64,000 nucleotides of DNA from the human T2T-CHM13v2.0 reference genome, Homo sapiens, in NCBI RefSeq assembly GCF_009914755.1, contig NC_060928.1; one strand, given 5' to 3'. Of this stretch, positions 31,858 to 45,705 are shown piece after piece. A program made the position numbers and the translations under genes. Under the pieces are notes generated by a model, which searched no databases, was not told the DNA's origin, and saw only the letters and a program-made list of their open reading frames with translations. Position 1 is the stretch's first letter. Each line of letters opens with the position of its first letter.

Positions 31858-32243
31858 TCTTTCTTTCTTTTTTTTTTAATTTTACTTTAAGTTCTGGGAT
31901 ACATGTGCAGAACAAGCAGGTTTGTTACATAGATATATATGTGCCATGGTAGTTTGCTGCACCTATCAAACCATCATCTAGATTTTAAGCCCCGCATGCA
32001 TTAGGTATTTGTCCTAATGCTCTCCCTCCCCTTGCCCTCCACCCCACAACAGGCCCTGGTGTGTGATGTTCCCCTCTCTGTGTCCATATATTCTCATTGT
32101 TCAACTCCCACTTATGAGTGAGAATATGCAGTGTTGGGCTTTCTGTTCCTGTGTTAGTTTGCTGAGAATGATGGCTTCCAGCTTCATCCATGTCCCTGCA
32201 AAGGACATGAACTCATTCGTTTTTATGGCTGCATAGTATTCCA
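31858..32243 (-). mobile_element. 5'-truncated L1PA 3' end with A tail
   Basis: TTTAAGTTCTGGGATACATGTGCAG...CATGTCCCTGCAAAGGACATGA...GTATTCCA. Confidence 0.93.
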
Positions 32244-32397
32244 TAAAACATAGGCTCTTACTATGGAATAAGCTTAAAGATAAACTGAATATTTGAAGAA
32301 AGAACTAGCTAGTAAGTCTAGGTTATGCCTAGACTTTCATTGTCAAGCTTCATCTTTATTGAAGTGAGATGATTTTCCTTTTTAAAGACCATAAATA

Positions 32398-32700
<303 letters not shown>

Positions 32701-33225
32701 ATAAATTTTGAATTTCAAAAGGATATTTTATTTTCATAGAACCTACATTTCCCCATCAGCTCATACTCATATTGACATCCGAAAATATTCTGGAGGCAGC
32801 AGAGTACCTTAGAGGTGAGCATTCACTTTGAGGGGAGACAGACCTGGGGTTTAGCCCTAGTCACCTGGCTGACTACATCTTGGATAAGTCCCTTTACTTC
32901 TCTAAGTCTTAGTTTTTCTAACTGTAAAACTGAGGTAAATAGTATGTACTCCCTTTGAGAAGCCCTATAAATGTCTAACTTTGTGACTTTGAGTAAACTA
33001 GTAAATGTTCTGTGCTTCAGTTTCCTCGTCTGTAAAATGGGAATAATAGGATGCCTAACATGTAAGCCAACGGTGAGGACTAATTGAGTCGATTCATGTA
33101 AAACTCCTAGACCAATACCAGGTATACAGTAAGAGGGTAATCAAGAAGGCTGATTATAATAGGATCGTGGTGAAGAATCAATCAGATAACATCTTTTAAA
33201 GTCCCTGGATCATAAAGGTAAGTAT

Positions 33226-36060
33226 TATCAGTCAGGATCCCAACAAGAATCAGAAGGCACACTCAAACTGGGATATGTTGAGAAGGATTTATTTATAAAA
33301 GGAAGTATAGAGATGTAGGCAGAGTGTAGTAAAACTACAAGGATAGTGCAGGAATCCAGAGCTGAGCCATCACCACACCTAACCAAGTGAGGAGGGAAGG
33401 GAAGGTTACCAGAACCTAGAAGGAGAGGGTATCTGTGGCCCAGGCCACCTGGAAAAGAGCATGTATCATCCATCCAAGGACACAGACTGCCCAAGGAGAC
33501 TTCACAGCAAGAAAATCAGGAGGATAAATATCCTTACTCCACTGTCCTCCCTCCCTCCTTGCTGGGCTCTCCATTGGCCTAACCCAGCAGGAAGCCAGAT
33601 GGTTGTATGTAAATCACACAGCAGCAAACAGCAGGCTGGTGAAAGGCAGAGAGTGGACCGGCAGGGAGAGAGGCAGACAGGAAACATCCAGCACAGTCCA
33701 CCCCTCAGCATCCATTTTTTGTTTCTTTTTTTTCAGACAGAGTCTCACTGCGTCGGCCAGGCTGGAGTGCAGTGGTGCTATCTTGGTTCACTGCAACCTC
33801 CTCTACCTCCCAGGTTCAAGTGATTCTCCTGCCTCAGCCTCCTGAGTAGCTGGGATTACAGGCATGTGCCACCACACCCAGCTAATTTTTTGTAGTTTTT
33901 AGTAGAGATGGGATTTCACCATGTTGGCCAGCCTAGTCTCGGACTCCTGACCTCAAGTCATCCGCCCAACCTGGCCTCCCAAAGTGCTGGGATTACAGTT
34001 ATGAGTCACCACGCTCGGCCCATCCTAAAGTGGAAATCATATATGCCCTCTTCCATTATCCATTCCATTTCCCCTTTGCCACTGCCAACACCTTGGCTGG
34101 AGGAGGTGCCCAAATATCCATTCCTGTAGGATTTGGGTTTTTGTTTAGTCTTGTCTTTGTAGGGTTGCTACAGTTTTCCATTGACCAGGACTATTAAGAA
34201 TATTAAGAAATAAAGCTAATGCATTCCCTAATGTTTAAACAAAGTCCTCTTTGCTGTAATTGTGAAGCACCAACCCAATTTTCCTCTGTTAATCAGGATA
34301 ATCACCCCAGCTACATTGACCCCCTTCAGGGCCTATAAATTCAGTAGTACAAGGAATCCCATAGTGGCCACAGGGCAGTTCAACTTTCAATATTCCCTAA
34401 TAAAAGGATTCTTCTCTTGGCAACGGAATCTCCAAACCTACAAAAACCAAAGTCTCAGGGAAAGTAAACAACAATACTCTAGTGCATTATTAGATGAAAT
34501 GGTGAGAGAGGCTGCTCCAATCTCCACTGCTTTGTTTCCAGACTCATGTATCCTGGCTATGGAAAAACAAAAGCATATTTGCTGATGGTTTAAGACTTTA
34601 TTGTATCCTACAGGACCCTACCTGAACTTTGCAAGATGTTGTCTTCCAGATGTGATAGTAATTGAGCCTTTAAAAGGCCATTCTTCTGTTTTATCAAGTC
34701 AGCTGCTTTGGAGTTATGGGACACATGGTAAGGTATTTGGGGACCATTGAACAAGCACCAGTGAGACTAAGAAAAAGCTAACTCCCTCCACAACATGGGT
34801 CATCTTGTCAATCTCTGGTTATATCTTCCTATTCTGTCCCTGTTCTAAGAAATTCAACCACATCCCTTTCCCCAAGATCTCCTTGTCACCAATCTCCCAA
34901 TTTTGTTCCTTCCAAATTGGCAGACCAATTTGTTTTTACCATTGCCCATGAATCGAGGTAGATCGGTGTCTCAGACTATCTCTTTTCCTAATGAAGTGAA
35001 TAAACTTATGTGTTTCCTGAAGTTCTGGGAGGACTTTATTTCAACACTATCTATCAGGCTACCTCTGAATGAGGCTATAGTACAATGGCTATTTCCTGTT
35101 GGTACACATTTATGATGCAGATCTTCCTGTAAATCAAGCCAGAGATTTTCTCCCATAAGCTGTTGGAGAACTACCCAAGAGGCCACTGGTGTGAATTGAA
35201 GTAGAAGCAGGAAGAGTAGGTACAATGTGAATAGATGCTGCATGCTTATGAAGCTTTCTTGAAGCTTCTGGATCTGCTAGGGCCCATTTTCATATATGCC
35301 ACTTCTGTATTAGGATAGAAAACTAGTACGCATGACTGATTTCACAGTCCTTTGAATCAGATAACACCCAGCTCACGATAAGCAGCTTGGATCACTTAAC
35401 TATTTGATGATCCGTGATTAAGCATTTAGTCTTTACCAGTAGAAAGTCAGGAGCTGCTTTTGAGATGGAAAATATTCCTAGGGGTTTGTGCTGCAATTCT
35501 CTTATTGGGGTTTTCCTGAAATGCCATAAAGCCAGCATCTTGCCCTCTCTTTGCCCTTTATCCCAAGCAGTACCAATGACAATTTGATTAATTGATAACT
35601 GAGTTATTTCTCCAGCAGAGGGTATCTCTGGACCTCTAAATATATGACCAAATAAATCCCATACCCAACTCTGAATCTGCTTCCTAGAGCTACTTCTGAT
35701 ACAAGAGAAAACTTGACATACTTAGATTAACTTTGAAAGGGTTATTTATAAAGGGACTAATTACAAAGAAGTGAAAACCACAAAAGATATACAGGAACCC
35801 AGGTCCAGCAGTACTGGAACTGTCACCATCCCTAGGTTCACAAGGACCAGGAGTGAGAGAGAGTAAAATAGAGCAGAGATCACTTTGAGGAGATGAATGA
35901 TCTGCTGTTTAGGGACACAACAACCTCATTACAACTTCATTCCAGGGTTCCCAACAGGTATAATCCAACCAGAACCCAGAGGGCTTAGGAGGACATTGAA
36001 CTAACCCTTACAGATTTTTGTTTCCAAGATAAAGTTTAGGATGGAGAGGAATGAATACTA
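33226..36060 (-). mobile_element. Degraded ERVL-class retroviral relic (LTR-like segments plus pol/dUTPase remnants), interrupted by an Alu
   Basis: Minus strand GCTGGGGTGATTATCCTGATTAACAGAGGAAAATTGGGTTGGTG resembles ERVL dUTPase AGVIDPDYQGEIGL. About 35230-35310 resembles ERVL pol KWYI..RARAGPEGTSKLH. Related LTR-like motifs lie at about 33260-33300 and 35710-35760. Boundaries approximate. Confidence 0.55.
33715..34020 (-). mobile_element. AluSx-like
   Basis: Full dimer. Confidence 0.9.
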
Positions 36061-36902
36061 AAAGGTGGGGAACACTGAGCCATTTTGCAGGCTGGCTGCA
36101 AAATTTAATCCCTACACATTATCAATACATATTAGTTCCTTTCCTATCAAAGAAGTTGATCTTCTAAACCTACATTCATACATCAGTTACTTACCTTTCT
36201 CTGATTTGGACGTCACCATTGCTCAGTTGTTGAGCCATGGACAGACTGATGGTCCAATGGGAAACCTCTCTTCTCTACCATGGACATACAGTTCAAGTCC
36301 AAGCCCAGGCAAGGACTCACCTTTGCACCCACTGCTGTTTCATTGCTCCCCCCGATTTCTCTCTTCCTTTCTCTCTTCCTTTTCTTCCATTTCTCTCTTC
36401 CTTTTCCTGCACCCAGAAATCACTCATTTTCCATGGCCCACCCAAAGACTTACTTCTGGAGACAAAAATAAAATAAATTACTAATTCCCAAGAATCTACA
36501 CTACATCATGTTCTTTGGTGTTTGGATTTCAGCTGCTTCTGACTGCCATTTTCATCTGCTGTGTCTGCTGGGATGAGGAACCTGCCAAAAAGTCACTCTT
36601 CAAAGAGAGGGCACATTAGCACTTAAGGACTCTGTTGACTTTGGCAGGAATGGGTCTCATTTACATTTTAACCAATTTATTCCAGTGCTGTTTTAGAGCC
36701 CCAAATAGATCTGTATCTATTCAGGCCACAGGATGCAAAACCAAATGTAGGTTACATAAATGAATGAAGTAGGTCAGAATAGAGTGTAGACTGTGGCAAA
36801 ATGTTGTGCCCAAGCCCACTTGGAGGTATTCAAATTCAAAATTTTAAAAATACTCCCTCCTTCTCCTATATCACCATTTTTCCCCCTCTACTGGATCATC
36901 AG

Positions 36903-37232
36903 CATATATATACACACACACACGTACACAAATATACGTATACATACACATACATACGTATATACATGTGTATATATGTATATATGCATATGTATGTATA
37001 TATGTACATACGTATATGTGTATATATACATACACACATATATACGTATATATGTACATATATACGTATATATGTATATACGTATATGTGTATATATACA
37101 TACACACATATATACGTATATATGTATATATATGCAGTTACTTCAGCTATTAAAATACATATATACGTATATATACACATATATACGTATATACGTATGT
37201 ATATATAAAATACATATATACGTATATATATG
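36903..37232. repeat. Complex alternating purine-pyrimidine microsatellite (TA/CA/TG/CG)
   Basis: Read directly; recurrent TATACGTATA. Confidence 0.95.
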
Positions 37233-37312
37233 CAGTTACTTTAGCTGTTAAAAACAAAACAAACTACGCGTGATCTTATTTCCCTCATTGATTTGCTCTC
37301 TATTTATTGTAA

Positions 37313-37628
<316 letters not shown>

Positions 37629-37639
37629 CTAGAAATAAG

Positions 37640-39565
37640 GCTCTTTACTTGCTGTCTCCAACTGCTCTCCTTCCATTACAGTCAGGCTGTCATCTCTACC
37701 ACTTCTAGAAAAAAAAAAACAAAACTGCTCTTGTTAAGGTCACCAGTGACCCATGCACCACTAAATCCAATGGTCAACTCTAAGTCCTCATCTTACTGAA
37801 CCTCTCTCTTGGCAGCATTGGTACCATATCCCTTGGCTTTGCTCCTTGTCAGTCTCCTTTGCTGCTTTGTTCTCTACCTCCCTGACCTCTGAATAATGCT
37901 AGATTTCCCGCAAAGCTTTTGATTTCTTCTTTTCTTTGTCTTATTCACTCTTTTGATTATCCCATTCCCTCCTGCAGCTTAAAAACTATCTATCAGCTGA
38001 TGACATCAAAATACACACATCTAGCCCAGTTCTAATTAACTCCAGACTCACCTACCCAAATGCATTCTCAAATTCTCCACTTGGATGTCTAGTAGATACT
38101 TCAAGTAAACAGGAGATGAAATCTGAACTCTTTTTCTTCCTCCCTCCCCAAACAGGCTCTATCACCCTTCTCCATCTTGTCAAAAGCAATTCCGTCTTTC
38201 CAGTTGCTCAGGTAAATAATCTTAGTCATCCTTGACTCCTCTCTCTCTCTCACACACAGGCCAATTTATCAAGAAAGTTTGCTGACTGTGTCTTTAAAAA
38301 ATACAGACTTCCCCAGTGTCCATGGGAGATTGGTTCCAGATCCTCCGACAGATATCAAAATCCATAGATGCTTAAGATCCTTATATAAAATGACATAATA
38401 TTTGCATGTAACCTACACACTTTCTCACATATACTTTAAATCATCTCTGGATTACTTATAATACCTAATACAATGTAAATGCTATGTAAATCATTGTTAC
38501 ACTATATTGTTTAGGGAATAATACCAAGAAAAAAATGTCTGTACATGTTCAATACAGACACAACCATCCTTTTTTTTTCAAATATTTTTGTTCCACAGTT
38601 GGTTGAACCCAGCAATGTGGAACCTGTGGATACAGAAGGCTGTTTATTCAAGAGTTTCCATTTGGGATGATGAAAAAGTTTTGGAGATAGAGAATGGTTA
38701 TGGTTTATAACAATGTGAATGTACTTAATGTTGCTGAACTGTACACTCAAATATGGTTAAAATGGTAAATTTTTGATATATATATTTCAACACAATTTAA
38801 AACACAAACACACACACACATACTTATTGCTTTCCCCATCTCATCCATCACCACCATGGATAAGCCACCATCACCTCACCTGGCTCACACCAAAAGCCTC
38901 CTAACTTCTTCCTGCTTCTCCTCCTCCCACTATGCTTTATTCTCAGCACAGCAGCCAGAGTAATTAATTTGTCTTAAGTCTGATCATGTTACTCCTTGTC
39001 TGAGAACCCCACAATAGCTCCCCATTTCACTCAGGGTTATAGCTACATGTTCCACAAGAGCCTATAAAATGCTCCATGATCTGGCCTCCTGTTCCCTCTC
39101 ATCTCCTCTGCAATAAGCTCCTGCTCACCTCACTCAGCCACACCGCAATGCTGCTGCTGGAGCCATAGGGCCTGCTCTCACCAGAGATTCTTGGCTTTTG
39201 TTTTTTCCAGAGCACTCCTCCCTCCTTTCTTAACTCCCTCCAATCCCTCCAAGTCTTTGCTCAAATCTCATCTTCTAAGTGAATAGCCCCCTGATTTGAC
39301 ATTACGGCCATCTGCACTCCCTAACTTTTGAGGTTCCTCACTCTGCTCTACTTTTTCTTTCTTTTTTGGTGTATTTCTCACCTTCTAACATGCTGTGCAA
39401 TTTATTTACCTTTTTTTCTTTGCTGTTTGTCTACCTCACTAGTATGTAAACAAGCACCTTTGTCTATTTTGTTCACAATTATTATATCCCAAGAAGCTAC
39501 AACACTTTTTGACACAATGAATACTCAATAAATATTTGTTCAGTGAATGAATGAATGAATGAATA
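37640..39565 (+). mobile_element. L2 3' region, interrupted by MER2 and an L1 fragment
   Basis: AAGGTCACCAGTGACC, CTCCACTTGGATGTCT, ends ACTCAATAAATATTTGTT..TGAATGAATGAA. Confidence 0.75.
38304..38642. mobile_element. MER2 (Tigger-type DNA transposon)
   Basis: GGATTGGTTCCAG-like start, TACTTTAAATCATCTCT..ATTACTTATAATACCTAATACAATGTAAATGCTATGTAAA. Confidence 0.8.
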
Positions 39566-40970
39566 TGTTTGAAAGAGCACAAAATTATAAGCTTGCTCAG
39601 AGGATGTACCTGTCTTGATTCATTCCTAGTGGAAATTTGCAAATGGTATTTGGAACAGAATAAGCAGGTTCAATCCGAAGTGGTGAACAGTGTGACCAGA
39701 GAGGAATAACTCAGTCATAAAAGTCCTTGAAATAAAGGAAGATAAGACCTTGGGAGTCTATGTAGTAGGGAGGCTTCATAGATACTAGAGAACAACTTGG
39801 CCACAGGCCAAGCAGAGCAATCAGTTCTCAGCCTGGAAGCCATTGGAAAATGGTCCAGGAAGGTGAGCTCTGACCATCTATATAGCCTCCTGTTTTAATA
39901 TAAACAAATTATTTAATATCATCAAAGCCAAAAAGTGTATATAATGGCCACTTTATCCTTGAGTAATCACTAGCCTGTTATGTTATTTTCTACTTTTTTC
40001 TGTATGCTTGAAATATTTCAAAACTTATATAAAGAAAAGGAAAAACCCAGAAAATCAAATAGGTCTGTGATTTGATAGTTAGGTACCCATTCTATGATTG
40101 ATAGCTTTCTACATGTACATAACTTTTAGTGATAGATGCAAAAGGATTTTTATTTCCCCAATTTGGCCTCTGTCTTACCTTTTCCCCAACAGAATTATCA
40201 TCTTCCTCACTATCCTTAGTAAGAAAACCATTCTGTTGCTTCCCCTTTCCAATCTCCCCATGTCTGTGAATGAGTCCACCACAGAAAACTTAGATTCTTC
40301 CTGAGCCCCACCCTTTGTATTTGATCTGCCATCAATCTATCAGTCTGTTCACAGGGCTTGGCTTTTTCCTTCTTCTACACCCTCCCAATAAGCAAGGCTA
40401 AGCCCTCATCAACTCGTACCTGTAATTTTGCATTAATTCGCTTAGTCCTCACAATGACTCTGTGAAGTAGATGCCGTTTTACAGATGAGGAATCTGAATC
40501 ACAGAGAGGTTACTCCTTACCAACAAAGGGCTAGTAAGCGGGGAGCCAGGATTTGAACCTGAATCTAGAGTCTCTGCTCTGAGCTGTCTCCTTCGATTCA
40601 CCCCATATACCCATTTCCCTAAAATCCTGCTTCAGCCAACTGCTCTTCATCCTCAGCATTATATCTTCCCCCACTTTCAAGGTCTTCCGTAAGTGACCCC
40701 ACCCTGACTACTTTAGCTTTCACCAATTCCTGCTGCACCAGCTTCTTCTGTTTGCTCTGTTCTCACAGACACGTCGTGCATTTCTGCCTCCAGCCTGGAA
40801 AGGAAGACTTCCATTGCAATACACTCCCATGTACTCTTCCTTTCAGTTCCCAAAGCACCTATGCCCTGTCCCAAATGTCCTGTCCCAAAGCACAGTCCTG
40901 CCCTGTGGCTCCTAGTTAGGTACCACCTGAGATCGTCATTTAAGTTTCTCTGTGTAGGCTTCATCTCTCA

Positions 40971-41217
40971 CAGGGCTTCCCAATCTCACCACTATCAACA
41001 TTTTAGACAGGATCATTCTTTATTGTGGGGAGCTGTCTTGTGTACCACTGAATATTTAGGGCATCTCTGGCCTTTATGCACTAGATGCCGGCAGCAACAT
41101 AACCCCCTCCCTTCTAACACCCACACCACCACCACCTTCCAATTGTGGAAACCCAAGTGTTTCCAGGCATTGCCAAATGTTCCCTGGGGGCAAAATCAAC
41201 CCCAGTGGAGACACTGG
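40971..41217. mobile_element. MER20 (hAT-Charlie)
   Basis: CACTAGATGCC, GCATTGCCAAATGTTCCCTGGGGGCAAAATCAACCCCAGT. Confidence 0.8.
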
Positions 41218-42550
41218 ACCAGATTGTAAGCTTCTCAATCTCAGGGACTGCATCTTATCCTTTTTTTTTTATTTTTAATTTTTTTTTTCTGTCTTCTCCC
41301 TAGCTTCTAGCATCAGTGCCTGGCACATAACAAAAGCTCAATAAATAACTGTTAAATAAGACCCCACCAATATCAACACCCTTACATTACATCTGAGCTC
41401 TTTTTTTTTTCCACTCATTCATCTTATCACCCAGTATTTCACAGTGTGATGCTGGCCACAGAGAAAGCTAAGCTGACCGTGACCTTTTGACTGAGTGGAA
41501 CGGCAAAGGTGAAGACTGAGCTTCCGGAGCTTTAGCCAGCATTTGTGGGGGCTCATAAGTCTAACCTTTTATTCCAGACATATATTTTTAAACAAATGCT
41601 TATCCAAAATAAAGTACCAAACCATGAGATGCCAAATGAAATTATTAAAAACTCTCTGGCATTCAAATGTGTTTGTTTTTTCTTTTCTGTATTAAAAGAA
41701 CATATGGGGTTCAGCAGGCTTTAGTATCAGGCAGACATGCACTCAAATCACTGTTCCCTTTTCTTGGAGCAACAATGTGATTTTGGGCAATCAAATCTAG
41801 AAAACGTAGGTAATAAAAGTTGTCTTCTAAGAAAGGGTTTCCCCACTTCTACCAACACAGCCCTTACCATATGCCAGGCATGACAGATACTTAGATCTTA
41901 CTATACTACGCCATGCTAACTTACTCACTATACTAACATTATGATCCCCATCTTACACATAAAGAAACAGAGGAACAGAGAGCTTCAGCCATTTATCCAG
42001 TCACATAAAAAGCAGCTGAGCCAGAAGTCAAACCCAGAGTCCATGAGCATCACAATAGGACTATCCTTGTGGATGAGAAGATTAAATAAGATTGCAGAGG
42101 CAAACATGGCTAGAACATACCAGCTACTCTCAGTTACTTTACCACTTTGTCCCCATCCCCCAGTTCCCTAGAACTCATTCAGCAACTATTTATTGGGTAC
42201 TCACAAAATACATTTAAGGTAACCAAATAGGAGCAGGTGTGGTTTTCCCTCTGAAGACAAAATGGAGGAAGAAGGCTTAGTAAACGAAAGCGAATCTTCA
42301 GCTCCAACTCCTCTCTTCTGAGCCAACTTTATCCCTGACTCAAAGGCAGATGTTTCCCCCGTTCAGGACTCCAGGAGACTCTCTCTCCCTGCTATCAAAG
42401 CAGGCCTCAGGAGAGGCTCTCACACTTTTTCTCAGTAAGGTATAAATGACAGACACAATGTTAAATAGTAAACATGCTGTACTGCAGCGCTTCAGCAATG
42501 TCATGCTTACTGCAGTGCAGAGGCGTGTACATGTTTGTAAGCATGACATT

Positions 42551-42931
42551 TGTAACAGTCAGGGTGAACACAGAGAGAGGTTTCTTTTAAGGAACTGGCT
42601 CAGGCAGTTGTGGAAACTGGCAAGTCCAAAATCTAACAGGGCAGGCCGGCAAGCTGAAGAATGAGAGAAGAGTTGCAGTTTGAGCCCAAAGGCGGTCTGC
42701 TGGCAAAAGTCCTCCTTGCTCAGGGGAGGTCTGACTTTCATTGATTAGGGACTTCAACTGTGGGAGAGGCCCACTCACATGATGGAGGGTGACCCACTGT
42801 ACTCCAAGTCCACCGATTTAAATGTTAATCTCATCCAAAAATTACCTTCACAGAAACATCCAGAATAATGTTTGATCAAATATCTGGGCACCATGGCCAA
42901 GCCATGTTGACCCATAAAATTAACCATCACA
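42551..42931 (-). mobile_element. MLT2 (ERVL) solo LTR
   Basis: GGCAAGTCCAAAATCT, GATTTAAATGTTAATCTCATC, ends AAAATTAACCATCACA. Confidence 0.8.
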
Positions 42932-42954
42932 ACACATTAAATTTAAATAGTTTG

Positions 42955-43727
<773 letters not shown>

Positions 43728-44782
43728 TGACCTCACAACACATGGCCACACCTGATAATATTCCCCTTAGTTGTCTTCACTGTCTTCTGCAGCCTGGAAT
43801 TTAGGAGAAAATATTTTCAAAAATTCTTATGTTTCCTGATTCAATAGCAAAGACAATGGCCTTTAAAGAAAGATACAGACCTACCCTACCACTGCTTTAA
43901 TTATGACCCAATTTTATTTAATTTCCCTCAAAGACCAAGAACAGTGGTGAGCAGGAAGGCAAACCACTGCTTTGTTTGTGGTTCCATCCTCTGCCCAGCA
44001 GAGTTGCTGTCCAATAAATAATCATTGCGAGAAGAAAAATCACACTATGAAAGCCAAACAGCTCCCTGGTGTTCCCTTGCTTGGCATGACTTTCCAAGAC
44101 AGCAGGCATCTTTATTTACAGGTTGAAGTGTTGGGCCAAAATTCATTCCAATGCAGGTATCAAGGAGTATTCATTTCATGATCATTTTCAATTTACAGCA
44201 GCACAGGTGTTCCCAGTAAGTAAATAGACAGCGCCCTTCCACAGGCATTCTGTGATTACAGAAGCCATTCTTTGAATTGTTTTGCCGATTAACCTGCAGA
44301 GGGAAAGCTCTTGAGCTTTTAGCAAATTCCCAACTTAGGCAGGAACTCATGCATATCAAGGGCCTTTGCCAGAGTGACAAAAATGCCCCAGAGATAGGCA
44401 ATGACTATTTGCCTGCTGGAAGGAAATGTGGAAAGAATATATTCGGGCTTGAAGATTATCACTGAAGGAGCTGAGCTTCCTCTCCCAGGCTTACATCTGC
44501 GCTGTTCTTTTCATCTACTTCTCATTCCTCAGTAAATATCTCTAATGATGAGCCTCAGGCCAGCAAATCAGAAAAAGGGCATCGCATCAGATGTAATCTC
44601 TGTGACCTTTAGAAACCGGCACGTCTGTCATGGGATAGGCAGTTGGCCCTCCCATCTTTGGTATTTGTGTTTTTTCCTTGGAAGGATTTGCGCCCCTCTG
44701 TCCTCTAGGAGAGGCTCCTATTGACATTCCTTCCACCCCCAGAGGTTCCTGGGTGGCAACAGCTGGGCTGATTGGGAACAGG

Positions 44783-44801
44783 TTTCCACCAGGGGGCACT
44801 G
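44783..44801 (+). promoter_or_regulatory. Candidate CTCF site
   Basis: TTTCCACCAGGGGGCACTG, a near-consensus core; motif only. Confidence 0.65.
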
Positions 44802-45400
44802 GAAGAAAGCAAAAGTGAGAAGCACCCCTTCTCAGAATAGCTCCTAAGGTCATCTCTGAAGAGGACAAAGGAACAGATGTGAAGAACTGTGGGGCCCGGG
44901 CTGCGCGGGAAGCAAAGCCGCTGTCGCTTCCTCATGTCTAATGTTTTGAAGTTTACATCGTCACCTCCAGTTCATCCCCTGGCATTTCCGATGTCAGGGT
45001 TTCGTTCTGAATCAGTGCCTTGAGTGAAATGCATTCCTACTGAATTTGGTCATCATAATAACTGGCACATGGCTAGTGATTTATATTTAAAAACATGGCT
45101 TGAAACTGGCTCAGTTTTGAGAGCTGCCTTAACCCAAAGACCAGGCTTGTTGCCCAAGCCAGGCGCTCCAGGTTGTGGTTTTAAGATGAGGAATGTCTGA
45201 TACCGGCTGCTTTTGCAGTTGATGGGCTGTGGTGAGTGGGGAAAGCCTTAAAAACTTGTGGCTTTGGAAAAATGGCTCTGGGTGACCAGAGCTGATTCTG
45301 TAAGTTTGCTGCAACATATCCTTTTTGTTTTTTTTTCCAGAAATTTACAGAAAGGCCATACTTCCTCGTTACTCTGCCATAAATGCCCACCACTACATCC

Positions 45401-45705
45401 TTTTTTTTTTTTTTTTTTTTTTGAGATGGAGTCTCACTCTGTCTCCCAGGCTGGAGTGTGGTGGCACGATCTCAGCTCACTGCAACCTCTGCTCCCGGGT
45501 TCACGCCATTCTCCTGCCTCAGCCTCCCGAGTAGCTGGGACTACAGGTGTCTGCCACCACGCCCGGCTAATTTCTTTTTGTATTTTTAGTAGAGACGGGG
45601 TTTCACTGTGTTAGTCAGGATGGTCTCGATCTCCTGACCTCGTGATCCACCTGCCTCGGCCTCCCAAAGTGCTAGGATTACAGGCGTGAGCCACCGCGCC
45701 CAGCC
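45401..45705 (-). mobile_element. AluY, no visible TSD
   Basis: GGTTCACGCCATTCTCC, GGATGGTCTCGATCTCCTGACCTCGTGATCC. Confidence 0.92.

Noticed and set aside
36793-37251. Long Y/I/C/H/T-rich ORFs
   Set aside because: Translation of the RY microsatellite, which lacks stop codons.
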